Source: Candidatus Undinarchaeales archaeon
GTDB taxonomy: Archaea > SpSt-1190 > JASMDC01
DNA: 64,000 nt
Direction: 5' to 3'
Assembly: GCA_030753015.1 (NCBI GenBank)
Contig: JASMDC010000007.1
Coordinates: 1-64,000 of the forward strand
This document shows positions 19,626 to 29,596 of this stretch, in pieces. The notes under the pieces are model-generated. The model made no database searches and was not told the DNA's origin. It saw nothing but the letters and a program-made list of their open reading frames with translations. The position numbers were made by a program, and so were the translations under genes. The first letter of the stretch is position 1. Every line of letters begins with the position of its first letter.

Positions 19626-20309
19626 ATAGCGAACGATAGTGAAGACGACAAGAACGATATCAAGACGGCCACCGGGCTCGACCTCATCGCACTCGAACAC
19701 AGGGCCTACATCCAGTATCACGAGGACGGGATTGCAGATATCGGAATAGGTCTGTTCCTGATAATATGGGGATTTACCTTCGGAACCACCATGGGCGGGA
19801 TGGTGGCGATCCTAGCCGCTGTTGGCATGCCGTTCTGGATAGCTGCGAAGAAGCTGATCACCATCCCCCGACTTGGAGTGGTGGAGTACTCACCGGAGCG
19901 GAAGGCGCAGGAGAAGGACAAGATAACGATGCTGACCATGCTCCTAACCATGACTGCTCTGGGGGGCGGAGTCGTGTTCATGGGCGTGTCCGGTGCCGGC
20001 GGCATCCCCCCCGGAATCGTGACGGCCTTTCGGGCGAATGCTCTCCTGTCCTTCGGCTTCACCCTCGCCATCGTTGTTGCTGCGGTGGGGCGCGTCACCG
20101 GGCTCAAGCGTATGTACGGGTACGCAGGCCTCATCGTGGGTTCGTTCCTCTTGCAGAAGGTTGTGGACATCCACCCCCGCGTCTCCTTCTTGGTCCCAGG
20201 CGTTCTCATTCTGGCTAGCGGGCTTCTAGTACTATCCCGCTTCCTGCAGGAGAATCCGATACTGGCCGACGCCTTGTCCGTCGAGGAGGCCGTCGATGCC
20301 ACAGAGTGA
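19626..20309 (+). CDS. Paralogous multi-pass membrane protein, probable ATA start
   Basis: Homology to previous gene (DLIALEHRAYIQYHEDGIADI) extends upstream of the first ATG (19791); AGGAGG precedes ATA at 19626. Confidence 0.75.
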   Translation: MANDSEDDKNDIKTATGLDLIALEHRAYIQYHEDGIADIGIGLFLIIWGFTFGTTMGGMVAILAAVGMPFWIAAKKLITIPRLGVVEYSPERKAQEKDKITMLTMLLTMTALGGGVVFMGVSGAGGIPPGIVTAFRANALLSFGFTLAIVVAAVGRVTGLKRMYGYAGLIVGSFLLQKVVDIHPRVSFLVPGVLILASGLLVLSRFLQENPILADALSVEEAVDATE

Positions 20310-20625
20310 GCCCTCTGAGGGCGTGACGTCCCCGATAATGGACATCGACCGGGTGATCCACGCACCGGCCCGACTGCTCATCCTCTCCCTCCTGTACGTG
20401 GTGGAGAGCGGGGACTACGTGTTCCTCATGCGCCAGACCTCCCTCACCTGGGGCAACCTCTCCACCCACATGACTAAGCTGGAGAAAGCGGGGTACGTGG
20501 AGGTCGTCAAGGAGTTCGTTGACCGAAAACCGCACACCATGGCGAAGCTCACTCCCGACGGCCGCAGGGCCTTCGACGAGTACCGCACGAGCATGAAACG
20601 AGTGCTCGAGGGCGTCCCCGGGTGA
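20296..20625 (+). CDS. Winged-helix transcriptional regulator (HTH_34/MarR-like)
   Basis: DRVIHAPARL.I...L...TWGNLSTHMTKLE.AGYV...K.F....P.T...LT..GR.AF..Y. Confidence 0.88.
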   Translation: MPQSEPSEGVTSPIMDIDRVIHAPARLLILSLLYVVESGDYVFLMRQTSLTWGNLSTHMTKLEKAGYVEVVKEFVDRKPHTMAKLTPDGRRAFDEYRTSMKRVLEGVPG

Positions 20626-20713
20626 ACAAGAGGACTCTAAACCCCTCTTTCTGCTCTCTTCAGAGCATGTTCCTTTCTTCTCGGCCCCATCAGAAAACTA
20701 TAAATAGCAGGAA

Positions 20714-20794
20714 TGTTATATACTTCTAACATGATGTTGGAAAAAGCCAACAAAATGAGCGAAATAATCAACAATATGTGCGAGATAGCTAACG
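20714..20794. promoter_or_regulatory. Four tandem 18-bp operators at 21-bp period
   Basis: TGTTA-N8-TAACA-like units at 20714, 20735, 20756 and 20777, downstream of TATAAATA. Confidence 0.7.
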
Positions 20795-20807
20795 GAGGGC
20801 GCTACCG

Positions 20808-21254
20808 ATGAAGAGGGTGATTTCGATACCGTGGGAGGTTTTCTACAGGGGGCTCGTTGCGGTCCCGGTCCTCATCTTGGCCATCGCGCTGGTGACCCAG
20901 GGTGTTAACCGCTGGGTCGTTCGGGCGCTGATCGTCCTCGTGATGCTGGCCGTGGCCGGTGTGGTCAAGCACATGAGGTACGGGGAGGTGCAGAGGGATG
21001 AGCGGACCGAGAGGATAGGGTTCTTGGCCTTGTCCTACTCGTGGGTCGCCACGCTGCTTGTGATCGGGGCGCTCATGGGGCTGGACGTGACGGGCAGGGT
21101 ACAGCTGACCGCGCTAGAGGCCCTTGCGTCCACCGCGTACGTCATGCTCCTGGTCGCCGAGTGTGTCGTGCTCTATCATCAGATGAACGATCAAAAGGAG
21201 ATGGGTGAGTTGGAATCAGAATATGACAGGCTAACAGGAGGATCCGACGAATGA
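20808..21254 (+). CDS. DUF2178-like membrane protein
   Basis: DERTERIG..A..YSW motif, 4 TM. Confidence 0.75.
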   Translation: MKRVISIPWEVFYRGLVAVPVLILAIALVTQGVNRWVVRALIVLVMLAVAGVVKHMRYGEVQRDERTERIGFLALSYSWVATLLVIGALMGLDVTGRVQLTALEALASTAYVMLLVAECVVLYHQMNDQKEMGELESEYDRLTGGSDE

Positions 21255-21724
21255 CAAATGATAATGACAAGGACCGGATGAGGTTCTACGGTATAGCGAT
21301 GGTCTTCGTGCTCGTGATAAGCACTGCACTGCTCCTCGCAGCAACGCTTGCGAAGAAGGGACAGGCCCAGGATGCTGTCCTGCCCATGGTGGCGGCGGGG
21401 GTGCTCGCCGTGTTCGCCGCGCGGTTCCTCGGGGACGCGTGGGAGAAGGTGAAGAACGGCATCCCCCTGGAGGACGAGCGCGCCCTGCGGTTGAAGGACA
21501 AGGCGGGAGCCTGGACGTTCTATACGTCCATATACATGCTCCTGGCAACAGGGTGGTATCATGACTATCTAGTGGACCAGGGCCTGTCCGGACTGGACGT
21601 GCGCCACGTCACCGTCGGCGCCATCATCGCCATGGCCATGCTATTCGGGTTCTGGTCGTGGTACCACGGTCGAAGGGACGAGGTCGAATGGGGACACGCA
21701 TCAGGGCGTTCGGACGCCATATGA
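21251..21724 (+). CDS. DUF2178-like membrane protein
   Basis: [21 protein letters not shown]. Confidence 0.8.
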   Translation: MTNDNDKDRMRFYGIAMVFVLVISTALLLAATLAKKGQAQDAVLPMVAAGVLAVFAARFLGDAWEKVKNGIPLEDERALRLKDKAGAWTFYTSIYMLLATGWYHDYLVDQGLSGLDVRHVTVGAIIAMAMLFGFWSWYHGRRDEVEWGHASGRSDAI

Positions 21725-21752
21725 TCCGATCCAATAACAGGAGGGCTAACGA

Positions 21753-22199
21753 ATGACAACGGACAACGACAAGGACCGGATTCGATTCTACGGCATAGTG
21801 AGCGTGGTGGCGCTCGTGGTGATGACGTGGATCATCTTTGCGGCCACCGTGGTGAAGAACGGGAACACCCAGGGAGCGGTCGTCCCGGGCATCATCGCTC
21901 TGTCCATCGCCGCGCTCGGTGCGAGTTTCCTCAAGGGCGAGTGGGGGAACGTGCGCGACGGTATACCTCTCGATGACGAGCGCTCGCAGCGGGTGAAGGA
22001 CAAGGCGGGCGCGTGGACGTTCTACTCGGGCATCTACCTGATGCTCGCCATGAGCTGGTACGACGACTACATGCTGGACTCAACCGGTACTGCCGCGTTC
22101 AGGGACGCCTCGCAGGCGCTCGGGATAGCGATCATCTGTTTGGCGGCCCTATTCGGGTTCTGGTATTGGTATCACAACCGAACGGGGGAGGTCGCATGA
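21753..22199 (+). CDS. DUF2178-like membrane protein (tandem duplicate of previous gene)
   Basis: [21 protein letters not shown]; RBS and N-terminal DNA duplicated. Confidence 0.8.
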   Translation: MTTDNDKDRIRFYGIVSVVALVVMTWIIFAATVVKNGNTQGAVVPGIIALSIAALGASFLKGEWGNVRDGIPLDDERSQRVKDKAGAWTFYSGIYLMLAMSWYDDYMLDSTGTAAFRDASQALGIAIICLAALFGFWYWYHNRTGEVA

Positions 22200-22405
22200 G
22201 AACCCGCATCAAGGAGCTGCGGGCCCGACACGACCTGACCCAGGAGGATCTGGCCAAGAAGGTCGGTGTCCGCCGGGAGACGATCGTGTTCCTGGAGAAG
22301 GGCAAGTACAATCCTTCGCTGTTGCTGGCCATGAAGGTCGCCCGGGCGCTGGAGATCGGCGTGGAGGAGCTGTTCCTCTTCGAGGACGATGAGCTGGAGG
22401 TGTGA
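22196..22405 (+). CDS. XRE/Cro-C1 HTH regulator
   Basis: [38 protein letters not shown]. Confidence 0.92.
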   Translation: MRTRIKELRARHDLTQEDLAKKVGVRRETIVFLEKGKYNPSLLLAMKVARALEIGVEELFLFEDDELEV

Positions 22406-22698
22406 TGAGGATGTCAGCGTACGACCAACATGGAGCCGAGAATGCCCGCCACTGCTCGGTTTGCGGGTGTGCTGTTGCAGAGGAGTGGGAGTACCTGGAG
22501 TGTACCGGGTGCAGCGCGGTTGTGTGCAGCGCCTGCATCCGTCGCGTCGACGGGCGACGTATATGCCCGGTCTGCTCGGTAGAGCTGGTACCCGGTACAG
22601 GACATCCATGCACGATCACCGGTGTCATCGAGGAAGGTCCACGCCCGTTGATCACGTGGCCCATCTTCGCTGAGCGCGCCCGGCTGCCCTCGCTATAG
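22402..22698 (+). CDS. Small Zn-finger protein
   Basis: Four CxxC pairs. Confidence 0.6.
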   Translation: MMRMSAYDQHGAENARHCSVCGCAVAEEWEYLECTGCSAVVCSACIRRVDGRRICPVCSVELVPGTGHPCTITGVIEEGPRPLITWPIFAERARLPSL

Positions 22699-22762
22699 CG
22701 GACCGCCCCTTACCCCTCATGCATTTATTGGTTTCCTGTCCCCATCATGACAGGGGACGACC

Positions 22763-24010
22763 ATGACCGACTGGGAAACCGAGATCGCTTCATGGCGCAA
22801 GGCCGCACAGGCCGCCCCGAACGATCCACACATCATCTACAACCTCGGCTGGGCGCTCGTCAACGCCCACGAGGGCGCGCTCCTGAACTACGAGCTTGAC
22901 GACGCTTCGCGCGCGGCGGTGGACGAGGCAGAGCGCATGCTGAAGCGGGCGCTAAAGATCGATCCTACCCACATCAGGGCCACCATCCTCCTCGGCCAGC
23001 TCTACCGCCATGTCAAAAGGTACACAAAGGCCATCACCTTCGCCCGGCGCGGCATGTCGCAATCTCCCAAGACCCAGGACTGGTTCAACGCCGCTGAGAC
23101 CGTCGCTTCCTCGTACATGCTGCTCGACCACATCGAGGGTGCGATCCCGGTGCTGGAGGGGATGATGGAGCATTATCCCGAGCATCCCATGGTGCTGCTC
23201 AAGCTGGGCAGCTGCTACTGGCACCTTGGCCGCATCCACGACGCCGAGCGCGTGTTCGCCACACTTGTGCGGTGCGATCCGGAGAGCGAGGAGGGGCACA
23301 CCTTCCTCGGCCAGGTGCGCGATCAGATCGAGCAGGAGCGGCTGGCGGCCGAGCGGACGGCCGTCCACCAGGAGGATCCCCGGGCTGAGGATATCGAGGA
23401 CTGGGACGCCGAGGTGGCGCGATGGACGAAGAAGAGCGAGGAGGAGCCCGAGAACTCCGACATCCACTACAACCTCGGCTGGGCCTTGGTGCACGCCCAT
23501 CCGGAGAAGGTGCGCGGTACCGACGAGGGCCCCGGAGCGAAGGCGGTCGTCAAACGGGCGGAGCTCGCGCTCCTGCGGGCCTTGATGCTGGACCCGGACA
23601 ACCTCCGTGCAAGTGTCCTTTTAGGCCAGCTGTACCGCCACATCCAGCGCTACGAGGAGTCGATCCGGTTCACGACGCCGGCGCTCGCACTCCCCCCGGA
23701 AGAAAGGGACTGGTACGCCGCCGCCGAGACGGTCGCGTCATCGTACATGCTGTTGGACCAAGTCCCTGAGGCTCTGTCCGTGCTCGAGCAGATGAAGGAG
23801 CACCATGCCCGCGACCCGATCGTCGCGTTCAAGCTTGCCAGCTGCTACTGGATGCTCGACCATCTCGAGGAGGCCGAGCGCGAGTTCGCCCTCGTGGTCG
23901 AACTGGAGCCGGGGAACGAGCAGGCCCGGACCTTCCTCCAGCACGTGCGCGACCAGCGTTCCGCTGTGAGCGAGCCTCCGCCCGCTCCGCTTACGCCACA
24001 AGACGCTTGA
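22763..24010 (+). CDS. TPR protein with two-fold internal duplication
   Basis: YNLGWALV, LLGQLYRH, AETVASSYMLLD and KL.SCYW each occur twice. Confidence 0.85.
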   Translation: MTDWETEIASWRKAAQAAPNDPHIIYNLGWALVNAHEGALLNYELDDASRAAVDEAERMLKRALKIDPTHIRATILLGQLYRHVKRYTKAITFARRGMSQSPKTQDWFNAAETVASSYMLLDHIEGAIPVLEGMMEHYPEHPMVLLKLGSCYWHLGRIHDAERVFATLVRCDPESEEGHTFLGQVRDQIEQERLAAERTAVHQEDPRAEDIEDWDAEVARWTKKSEEEPENSDIHYNLGWALVHAHPEKVRGTDEGPGAKAVVKRAELALLRALMLDPDNLRASVLLGQLYRHIQRYEESIRFTTPALALPPEERDWYAAAETVASSYMLLDQVPEALSVLEQMKEHHARDPIVAFKLASCYWMLDHLEEAEREFALVVELEPGNEQARTFLQHVRDQRSAVSEPPPAPLTPQDA

Positions 24011-26006
24011 GCTTGGCCAGCGCGCTCTCATCCTTGCGGGCCAGGGGGACCAGCCCCGCGCTCCGCTCGTTGATGGTGGTCTGGATCTTCTCCTTGTCCT
24101 TCTCCAGCGTCTCGAACCGTGCCTCGATCTCTTCGATGCGCGTCTCCTGGACCTTGAGCTTGCTCACGTACATCTGGCGCACCTCGTTCTCGCTCGAGGA
24201 CGTGCCCAGGGAGGACAGGTTATCTTTGTACCGCGTCTGGTGCTCGAAGATGCGGTTGCGCTCCTCGTCGAGCTTCTGCCGCTCCTCGTCGAGCCGGGTG
24301 ATCTTCCGGTAGAGCTCGAGGATGGCCCTGATCTCGTCGGCCACGGTCTGGGTGATGAGACTGTTATCGTAGTACCACGTCACGTCCCGGGTGGACATGT
24401 TGCGGACGTAGATACGGGTGCGTTCGAGCTTGCGCTCGGACACCATCAGCTTGATGGCCTTGGTCTTTGGCTTAAGGGAGAGCTCGAACCGGCGGTAGTT
24501 CTCGGTCTCCTCGGTGGGCTTGATCTCGCTGGTGATCTCGTACCCGTTCTCCTTGGGGTGCTCGATGAACAGCGGCACCTCCTTGTCCACCGTGTCCTTG
24601 ACGTAGTAGATGGTCTCCTTCTTGCGATAGCTGAGGCCCACCAGCGCCCCGCTCTCGACCTGGACCTCCTGGATGGACTCGCCGGTGTACCGCTCCTCCT
24701 TGGTGACCTTCACCCGCAGCTCGACGGCGTAGGACAGGGTGCGGTCTCCGTCCTTCTTGAGGAACGGGAGCATGGTCTCGCCCACGTACGTACCCTTGTC
24801 GAGCACCGTGGCGGGGCCCTCCTCGAGGGCGAGGCCGGTGTCGTTGGTGAGCTTGAGGCACGCCATGGGATTGTCTGCGCGGCCGGCCTCGTTGTACACC
24901 AGGATCTTCTTACCGGATACCTCCTGCTGAAGGATGGGGACCAGGGCCGACTGGTTGCGCAGCACCGTCACCGGCTCGGCGACGTCGTAGGCGAACACCT
25001 CGCCCATGTCGCGCCCCACGGCGGATGCCTTGAAGCTGTCCTTGGCCATCTGAGCTCGGGGGGGAGGTGCCGGGGCCGGCCTGCTGCGCATCATCATCCT
25101 GCTGACCTCCATTACCTTCTTGCACGGCTTCTCGTCATCGAATTCCTCGTCGTCATCGTAGTCCTCGACGCCCTCCATGGCCTCCTCGATGTCCATCGGC
25201 CGAACTCCCATGTCCAGTTTCACGGCTATCTCGGGGCGGAAGGCGTACCGGGGAGAGTAGAGGTCGTTGCGGAAGGACACCGGCAGGCCGGCGACCAGGG
25301 ACAGGTCCACGCTCTTCCAGTCGTCGTCCATGACGTTGTCCACGATGGCCCAGCCCTGGAGGGTGATCTTTCCCTTGTCGTCCACCAGGAGGCGGTAGGA
25401 GGTCTTCCATACCGGGCACTCGACGACGTAGGCGCAGGCCACATCACGTGAGTCCTTGCCCTTGGTGTACACCGTGACGGTCTTCTTGTCGCGACGGGTG
25501 GCGGCGAACACCGTGTCCAGGTAGAACCGCAGCTCCCGGGCCAGCGTCTCGTCGGTGGGCCGCAGCCAGGCGATCTCCTCCAGCGGGACGGTCCTGACCT
25601 TGCCCACGTCGTCCAGCAGCATCAGCTGGCGCTGCTTGTGCTCACGGTCGTTCTCCACGACGGTGCGTGTCTGGATGCCGGTCACGGTGGCTGTGAGCGT
25701 CTTGCCCCCGGTGGACACCTCCACCTCTGCGCCCTTGAGCTGGCCCACCAGCTCGGTGAGGTTCTCGTCGCCGTCGAGGCGGAACGAGACTTCCTCCAGC
25801 GCCTTTGCCACGGGCTTGAACGCGTCGTAGGAGATGCTGGTGACAGCACCCTTCCCGGAGTCCAGGAAAGTGAACGACTTGAGCACGTCATTGATCTCAG
25901 ACTGGCGAAATGTGAACGTGAGCTGCTGCGAGCCCTTGACCTTCCCGGCGCGCTCGAAGTAACCGACACCGTGCTTGTACAGGACGACCTTCTTTATCGG
26001 GAGCAT
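23991..26006 (-). CDS. DUF4139-domain protein
   Basis: LPIKKVVLYKHGVGYFER, NDVLKS, WKTSYRL, LQGWAIVDN...DW..V.LSLVAG. Confidence 0.8.
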   Translation of the reverse strand: MLPIKKVVLYKHGVGYFERAGKVKGSQQLTFTFRQSEINDVLKSFTFLDSGKGAVTSISYDAFKPVAKALEEVSFRLDGDENLTELVGQLKGAEVEVSTGGKTLTATVTGIQTRTVVENDREHKQRQLMLLDDVGKVRTVPLEEIAWLRPTDETLARELRFYLDTVFAATRRDKKTVTVYTKGKDSRDVACAYVVECPVWKTSYRLLVDDKGKITLQGWAIVDNVMDDDWKSVDLSLVAGLPVSFRNDLYSPRYAFRPEIAVKLDMGVRPMDIEEAMEGVEDYDDDEEFDDEKPCKKVMEVSRMMMRSRPAPAPPPRAQMAKDSFKASAVGRDMGEVFAYDVAEPVTVLRNQSALVPILQQEVSGKKILVYNEAGRADNPMACLKLTNDTGLALEEGPATVLDKGTYVGETMLPFLKKDGDRTLSYAVELRVKVTKEERYTGESIQEVQVESGALVGLSYRKKETIYYVKDTVDKEVPLFIEHPKENGYEITSEIKPTEETENYRRFELSLKPKTKAIKLMVSERKLERTRIYVRNMSTRDVTWYYDNSLITQTVADEIRAILELYRKITRLDEERQKLDEERNRIFEHQTRYKDNLSSLGTSSSENEVRQMYVSKLKVQETRIEEIEARFETLEKDKEKIQTTINERSAGLVPLARKDESALAKLKRLVA

Positions 26007-26054
26007 GGGCTGCTGTATGCAAGTAGATGTTTTAAGGGTTGGGAACGGACCTGC

Positions 26055-26267
26055 TCACTCCACTACCTTGAGCAAATTCTTGTACTCCTCTTCGTCGATC
26101 TCGCCCCAAGCGAGGCGTCGCTTCAGGATGTCTCCGGGGGACGAGGACACCGTCCGCGACCGCTCGTGGTCCCGGAGCGCCCAGATGATGAGGCCCAGCG
26201 TCACGACGAAGAACAGGATGTTGAATCCCATCGCGTACATGCCGTAGCCGAGACCGTATCCGTACAT
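26055..26267 (-). CDS. SHOCT-domain membrane protein
   Basis: Gly/Tyr N-terminus, TM, ILKRRLAWGEIDEEEY. Confidence 0.85.
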   Translation of the reverse strand: MYGYGLGYGMYAMGFNILFFVVTLGLIIWALRDHERSRTVSSSPGDILKRRLAWGEIDEEEYKNLLKVVE

Positions 26268-26349
26268 CCCCAACACCTCGCGTATCCTCGGGGGGGCGGG
26301 GGTTCTTTCAGACCCCCACCTCCCCGGACGATGGACGTTCCTATTGTGC

Positions 26350-26820
26350 TTATTGCTGGAAGCGCCACCCACGGCCCCGCCCGCAGCCGCCGCAACCACC
26401 GGCAGCGATGTTGTCGCACTGGCCATCGCCGTCCGCATCGACGAAGCCGCCGCCATTCATTCCACCACCACGGCCGTATCCCCGGCCGCGTCCCTGCCCG
26501 AGCCCGAGCTCGGCGCGGATGGTAGCGGCCAGGTCGAGGTCGCCGGATTCCATGGCCTCATGGACCTTGGAGAATCGTCCGAAGGTCTCATCGGTGACCA
26601 TGTCCACCACACGTGGGCGACGGCCGTTCTCGGTCATGAGGGTCTTCCATGCCTCGTAGTCGTTCTCTTCGAATGCCTTCTCCATCAGCTCGTGTCGCTC
26701 ATCACTGTGATAAGGGCCGTAGCCGGGGGACGGCACATCCGTGGCACCCACAACACCCGCGGACAGGAGCAGCCCCGTCGCAGCGAGGGCCGCGAGCACC
26801 ATGATAGATGTCGTCTTCAT
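26350..26820 (-). CDS. Secreted Gly-rich protein with EF-hand-like loop
   Basis: Signal peptide, DYEAWK..M, FVDADGDGQCD. Confidence 0.75.
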   Translation of the reverse strand: MKTTSIMVLAALAATGLLLSAGVVGATDVPSPGYGPYHSDERHELMEKAFEENDYEAWKTLMTENGRRPRVVDMVTDETFGRFSKVHEAMESGDLDLAATIRAELGLGQGRGRGYGRGGGMNGGGFVDADGDGQCDNIAAGGCGGCGRGRGWRFQQ

Positions 26821-26872
26821 CTGTATCACATCCTGGCCGCCCCCCGGGGGGACGACCATAAGGAACGTAGGT

Positions 26873-26964
26873 TGAAACCATATAACCAACTTGCTGAAAC
26901 CGTTGTACGGAAAGCTGAAACCATAGGGTGGTTCCGTGAAACCATGGGCCTTCCACATGAAACC
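26873..26964. repeat. Five TGAAACC heptamers at 21-22 bp spacing (regulatory array)
   Basis: Copies at 26873, 26895, 26916, 26937 and 26958. Confidence 0.75.
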
Positions 26965-27062
26965 CTCGGGCCCGCTGCGCACGGTTTTAACCGGTCTATG
27001 CGTGAGAGGGCGTCCGCTACCCTGACTCTAGCTTAATAAATGATGGCGGGTCCTCGCGTCCC

Positions 27063-28667
27063 ATGGCCCCCTCCCGTACACGCTTATCGCTTTTCATGCT
27101 CGTCGTGGTGTTCGCAACGACGGTCCCAGCGGTGTCGCTGGACACCACCGAGTTCCTGAGCAACCTCACCATCAACGGCTCAAAGGAGTGCGGTCCCGAG
27201 ACCGACTGGGACTGCACCACCGCAGAGGCCCAGGGCAAGATGATCATGGCCTACTCGGCCATGTACAAGGCCACCGGCGTGACCATGTACAAGAACCGCG
27301 CCAAGAACCTGGCCAACGCCAAGGTATCGGGCGCCGCCGGGTGCGCTGCGTGCGCCTGCGACAGCGCGGGCGATTTCGACTGCGGTACGGCGACCGACCA
27401 GGCGACGCTCATCCTCGGTCTGTTGTCGGCCTTCGAGTACACGGGGGAGCCACTGTACTACTCCCGGGCCCTGCTGCTGGGGAACACGGCCACGTCCGAA
27501 TGCGGACCCGACGCGGAGTTCGACATCGGCGGGTCCGACTGGGAGTGCGCCGACGTCAGCTCGCAGAACCTCATGATACTGGCGTACGCGCGGCTGTTCG
27601 AGGACTCCGGCGAGGAGGACCACCTGGACGCTGTGAAGAAGCTGGCCGATAACTGTAACGGTGTGCAGTTCCAGGGCTCGCTCCACCCCTGCTCCACGGG
27701 CCTCGTCCGCGCCTACCACCTCACCCGGGACACCCGGTACAAGGACCAGTTCTTCAGCTCGGTGCGCGAGCAGGATGGGCTGGGGAAGCTCCTTGTGGAC
27801 AACCTCGTGTACTACCGGTTCACCGGCGAGGACCAGTACCTCGAGCTCGCCGTCTCGTCCGGGACCGAGGGGAGCTCGCTGTGCGGGCCCGGGACGGACG
27901 ACTGGGACTGCGACTACCCGGCCACCCAGGGCTGGTTCATCACCTCCTACGCTGCACTGTACGAGTTCACCAACGACACCACTTACAAGGGCTACATGGA
28001 CAAGCTGGCCGACGTCGACCAGCCATGCGGCTCATACGAGGACGGCGACGCATGGGAGTGCGCCACTGCCACCGAGCAGGCCCAGCTCATGATCGGCCTC
28101 GCCTCGGCACTGGTCGAGAAGGACCTCCACACCGCCCAGTGGGGCCTTGACGACCTAACCTCCGTGGCAGTGGCCCGGAAGGACGCCGGTGACGCCTGCA
28201 TGTCCAACGCCGATTGCCTTTCCGGCAACTGCAAGAGCCAGGTGTGCTGTCTTGCCGACCAGGTGTGCTGCACCAAGGACGCCCACTGTCCGCCGGATAA
28301 CACGTGCGACACGGAGAGGTCCTACTGCATCGAGGCTCTCACTGTGGAGCCGACGGCGGTCCCTGGTCCCTCGGTCGAGCCCCAGTGCACGCCGTGCCCC
28401 GAGGCCACATGTCCCGAGGTAACCCCTGAGGTCGTCGAGAGGATCGTGGAGAAGAACGTCACCGTGACCGTCACCGTGCCCGCCGAGACCACGCCCTGTC
28501 CCCCCGCACCGAGCTGTGGTCCGCAGGCGACCGCGTGCCCCTCCTGCCCGTCCGCCGAATCTGCCCCGTCCACTCAGTCCTCCAGCGGCTCCGTTGCCGT
28601 GCTGGGGGCCGTGTTCGGGCTGCTGGCCGGGCTGGTGTTGAGCGCGATGATGACCGTGAACAAGTAA
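27063..28667 (+). CDS. Secreted Cys-rich repeat surface protein, C-terminal anchor
   Basis: Signal peptide; repeated CG...WDC..A..Q..MI.AY..LYE.T....Y units; Pro/Thr/Cys linker; TM. Confidence 0.8.
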   Translation: MAPSRTRLSLFMLVVVFATTVPAVSLDTTEFLSNLTINGSKECGPETDWDCTTAEAQGKMIMAYSAMYKATGVTMYKNRAKNLANAKVSGAAGCAACACDSAGDFDCGTATDQATLILGLLSAFEYTGEPLYYSRALLLGNTATSECGPDAEFDIGGSDWECADVSSQNLMILAYARLFEDSGEEDHLDAVKKLADNCNGVQFQGSLHPCSTGLVRAYHLTRDTRYKDQFFSSVREQDGLGKLLVDNLVYYRFTGEDQYLELAVSSGTEGSSLCGPGTDDWDCDYPATQGWFITSYAALYEFTNDTTYKGYMDKLADVDQPCGSYEDGDAWECATATEQAQLMIGLASALVEKDLHTAQWGLDDLTSVAVARKDAGDACMSNADCLSGNCKSQVCCLADQVCCTKDAHCPPDNTCDTERSYCIEALTVEPTAVPGPSVEPQCTPCPEATCPEVTPEVVERIVEKNVTVTVTVPAETTPCPPAPSCGPQATACPSCPSAESAPSTQSSSGSVAVLGAVFGLLAGLVLSAMMTVNK

Positions 28668-28671
28668 CGGT

Positions 28672-29451
28672 TCAGCTGCGCCAGTTGCGCAAGCAGGCCG
28701 TTCGCGCAGCGTCCTCGGGTATGGCGTCGCAGTGGGAGACGTCCCCGGAATAGCGGGCCAGCCTCGACCTGCAGAAGAACGGGAGCGGCATCCTGACCCC
28801 GCCAAGTACGGCAGAGGCGCCGGTGTCGACCGTGTCGCAGTCGAACGTCCTGTTGTTGTCAAGAGAGACCTTCACGGTGTCGCTGATGCACAGGGCCCGG
28901 GCCGTGGAGTACGTCCCGCCCGCTGTAGTGTTATCCCCGCCGATCATCGCGCAGTAGGCAGCGTCCTGCTTCACCTCGGCGAAACGGGCAAGGCAGAGGT
29001 CCCGGTCCCGGTCGCTCAGAGTGTCCAGGAACGTCACGTTGTCGGCGTTGGCCGCGCGCTGGCAATAGCAGATGGTGCGCAGGTCGCTGGACGCCTTGGC
29101 CGCGAACGGGCTGGTCTCCATACCGGTCTCGGTCTGGGTGAACATGTCGCACGAGAACGACGCCGAGGCCGACGCACGCCACACGTCGGTCAGGCATGCA
29201 TCGTGGCAGTTTACCTCCGGCCCGCGGTCGCAGGAACCGAGAATTGCGCAGAGGTACAGGTCCATTGTCTCGGTGGAGTTCATCCTTGTCGGGGCCTGGT
29301 TGTACCGCCACAGCGCGCACGGTCCCATGGAGACCACCGAGCACACATCGGGATTGCCCGACGAGACGGCGAGGTGGAGCAGGCCCTGCTCGATCACGGG
29401 GATCGCCACCGCGATTGCGAGCAGTGCAAGGACAATGACCTTCTTCCCCAT
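28672..29451 (-). CDS. Cys-rich membrane-anchored or secreted protein
   Basis: N-terminal hydrophobic helix; C..I......C...A repeats. Confidence 0.65.
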   Translation of the reverse strand: MGKKVIVLALLAIAVAIPVIEQGLLHLAVSSGNPDVCSVVSMGPCALWRYNQAPTRMNSTETMDLYLCAILGSCDRGPEVNCHDACLTDVWRASASASFSCDMFTQTETGMETSPFAAKASSDLRTICYCQRAANADNVTFLDTLSDRDRDLCLARFAEVKQDAAYCAMIGGDNTTAGGTYSTARALCISDTVKVSLDNNRTFDCDTVDTGASAVLGGVRMPLPFFCRSRLARYSGDVSHCDAIPEDAARTACLRNWRS

Positions 29452-29596
29452 GGTGGGCCCGTGCCCCTTCAGGCTTTTATGCGTGTCGGGTAAAAGGCGG
29501 CCCTCGGGTGCCGTCACTGGCCTCCAGGGACGGTGTGTCCTCCACGGGTTAACTATAAATACGAGCTATCGTGCGACTCTATGACAGGCGATAGGA

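Noticed and set aside
26873-26964. Mini-CRISPR or TIGR-like array (also 20714-20794)
   Set aside because: Repeats are 7-18 bp at a 21-bp period within promoters, with no cas or Nop-domain gene nearby; operator arrays fit better.
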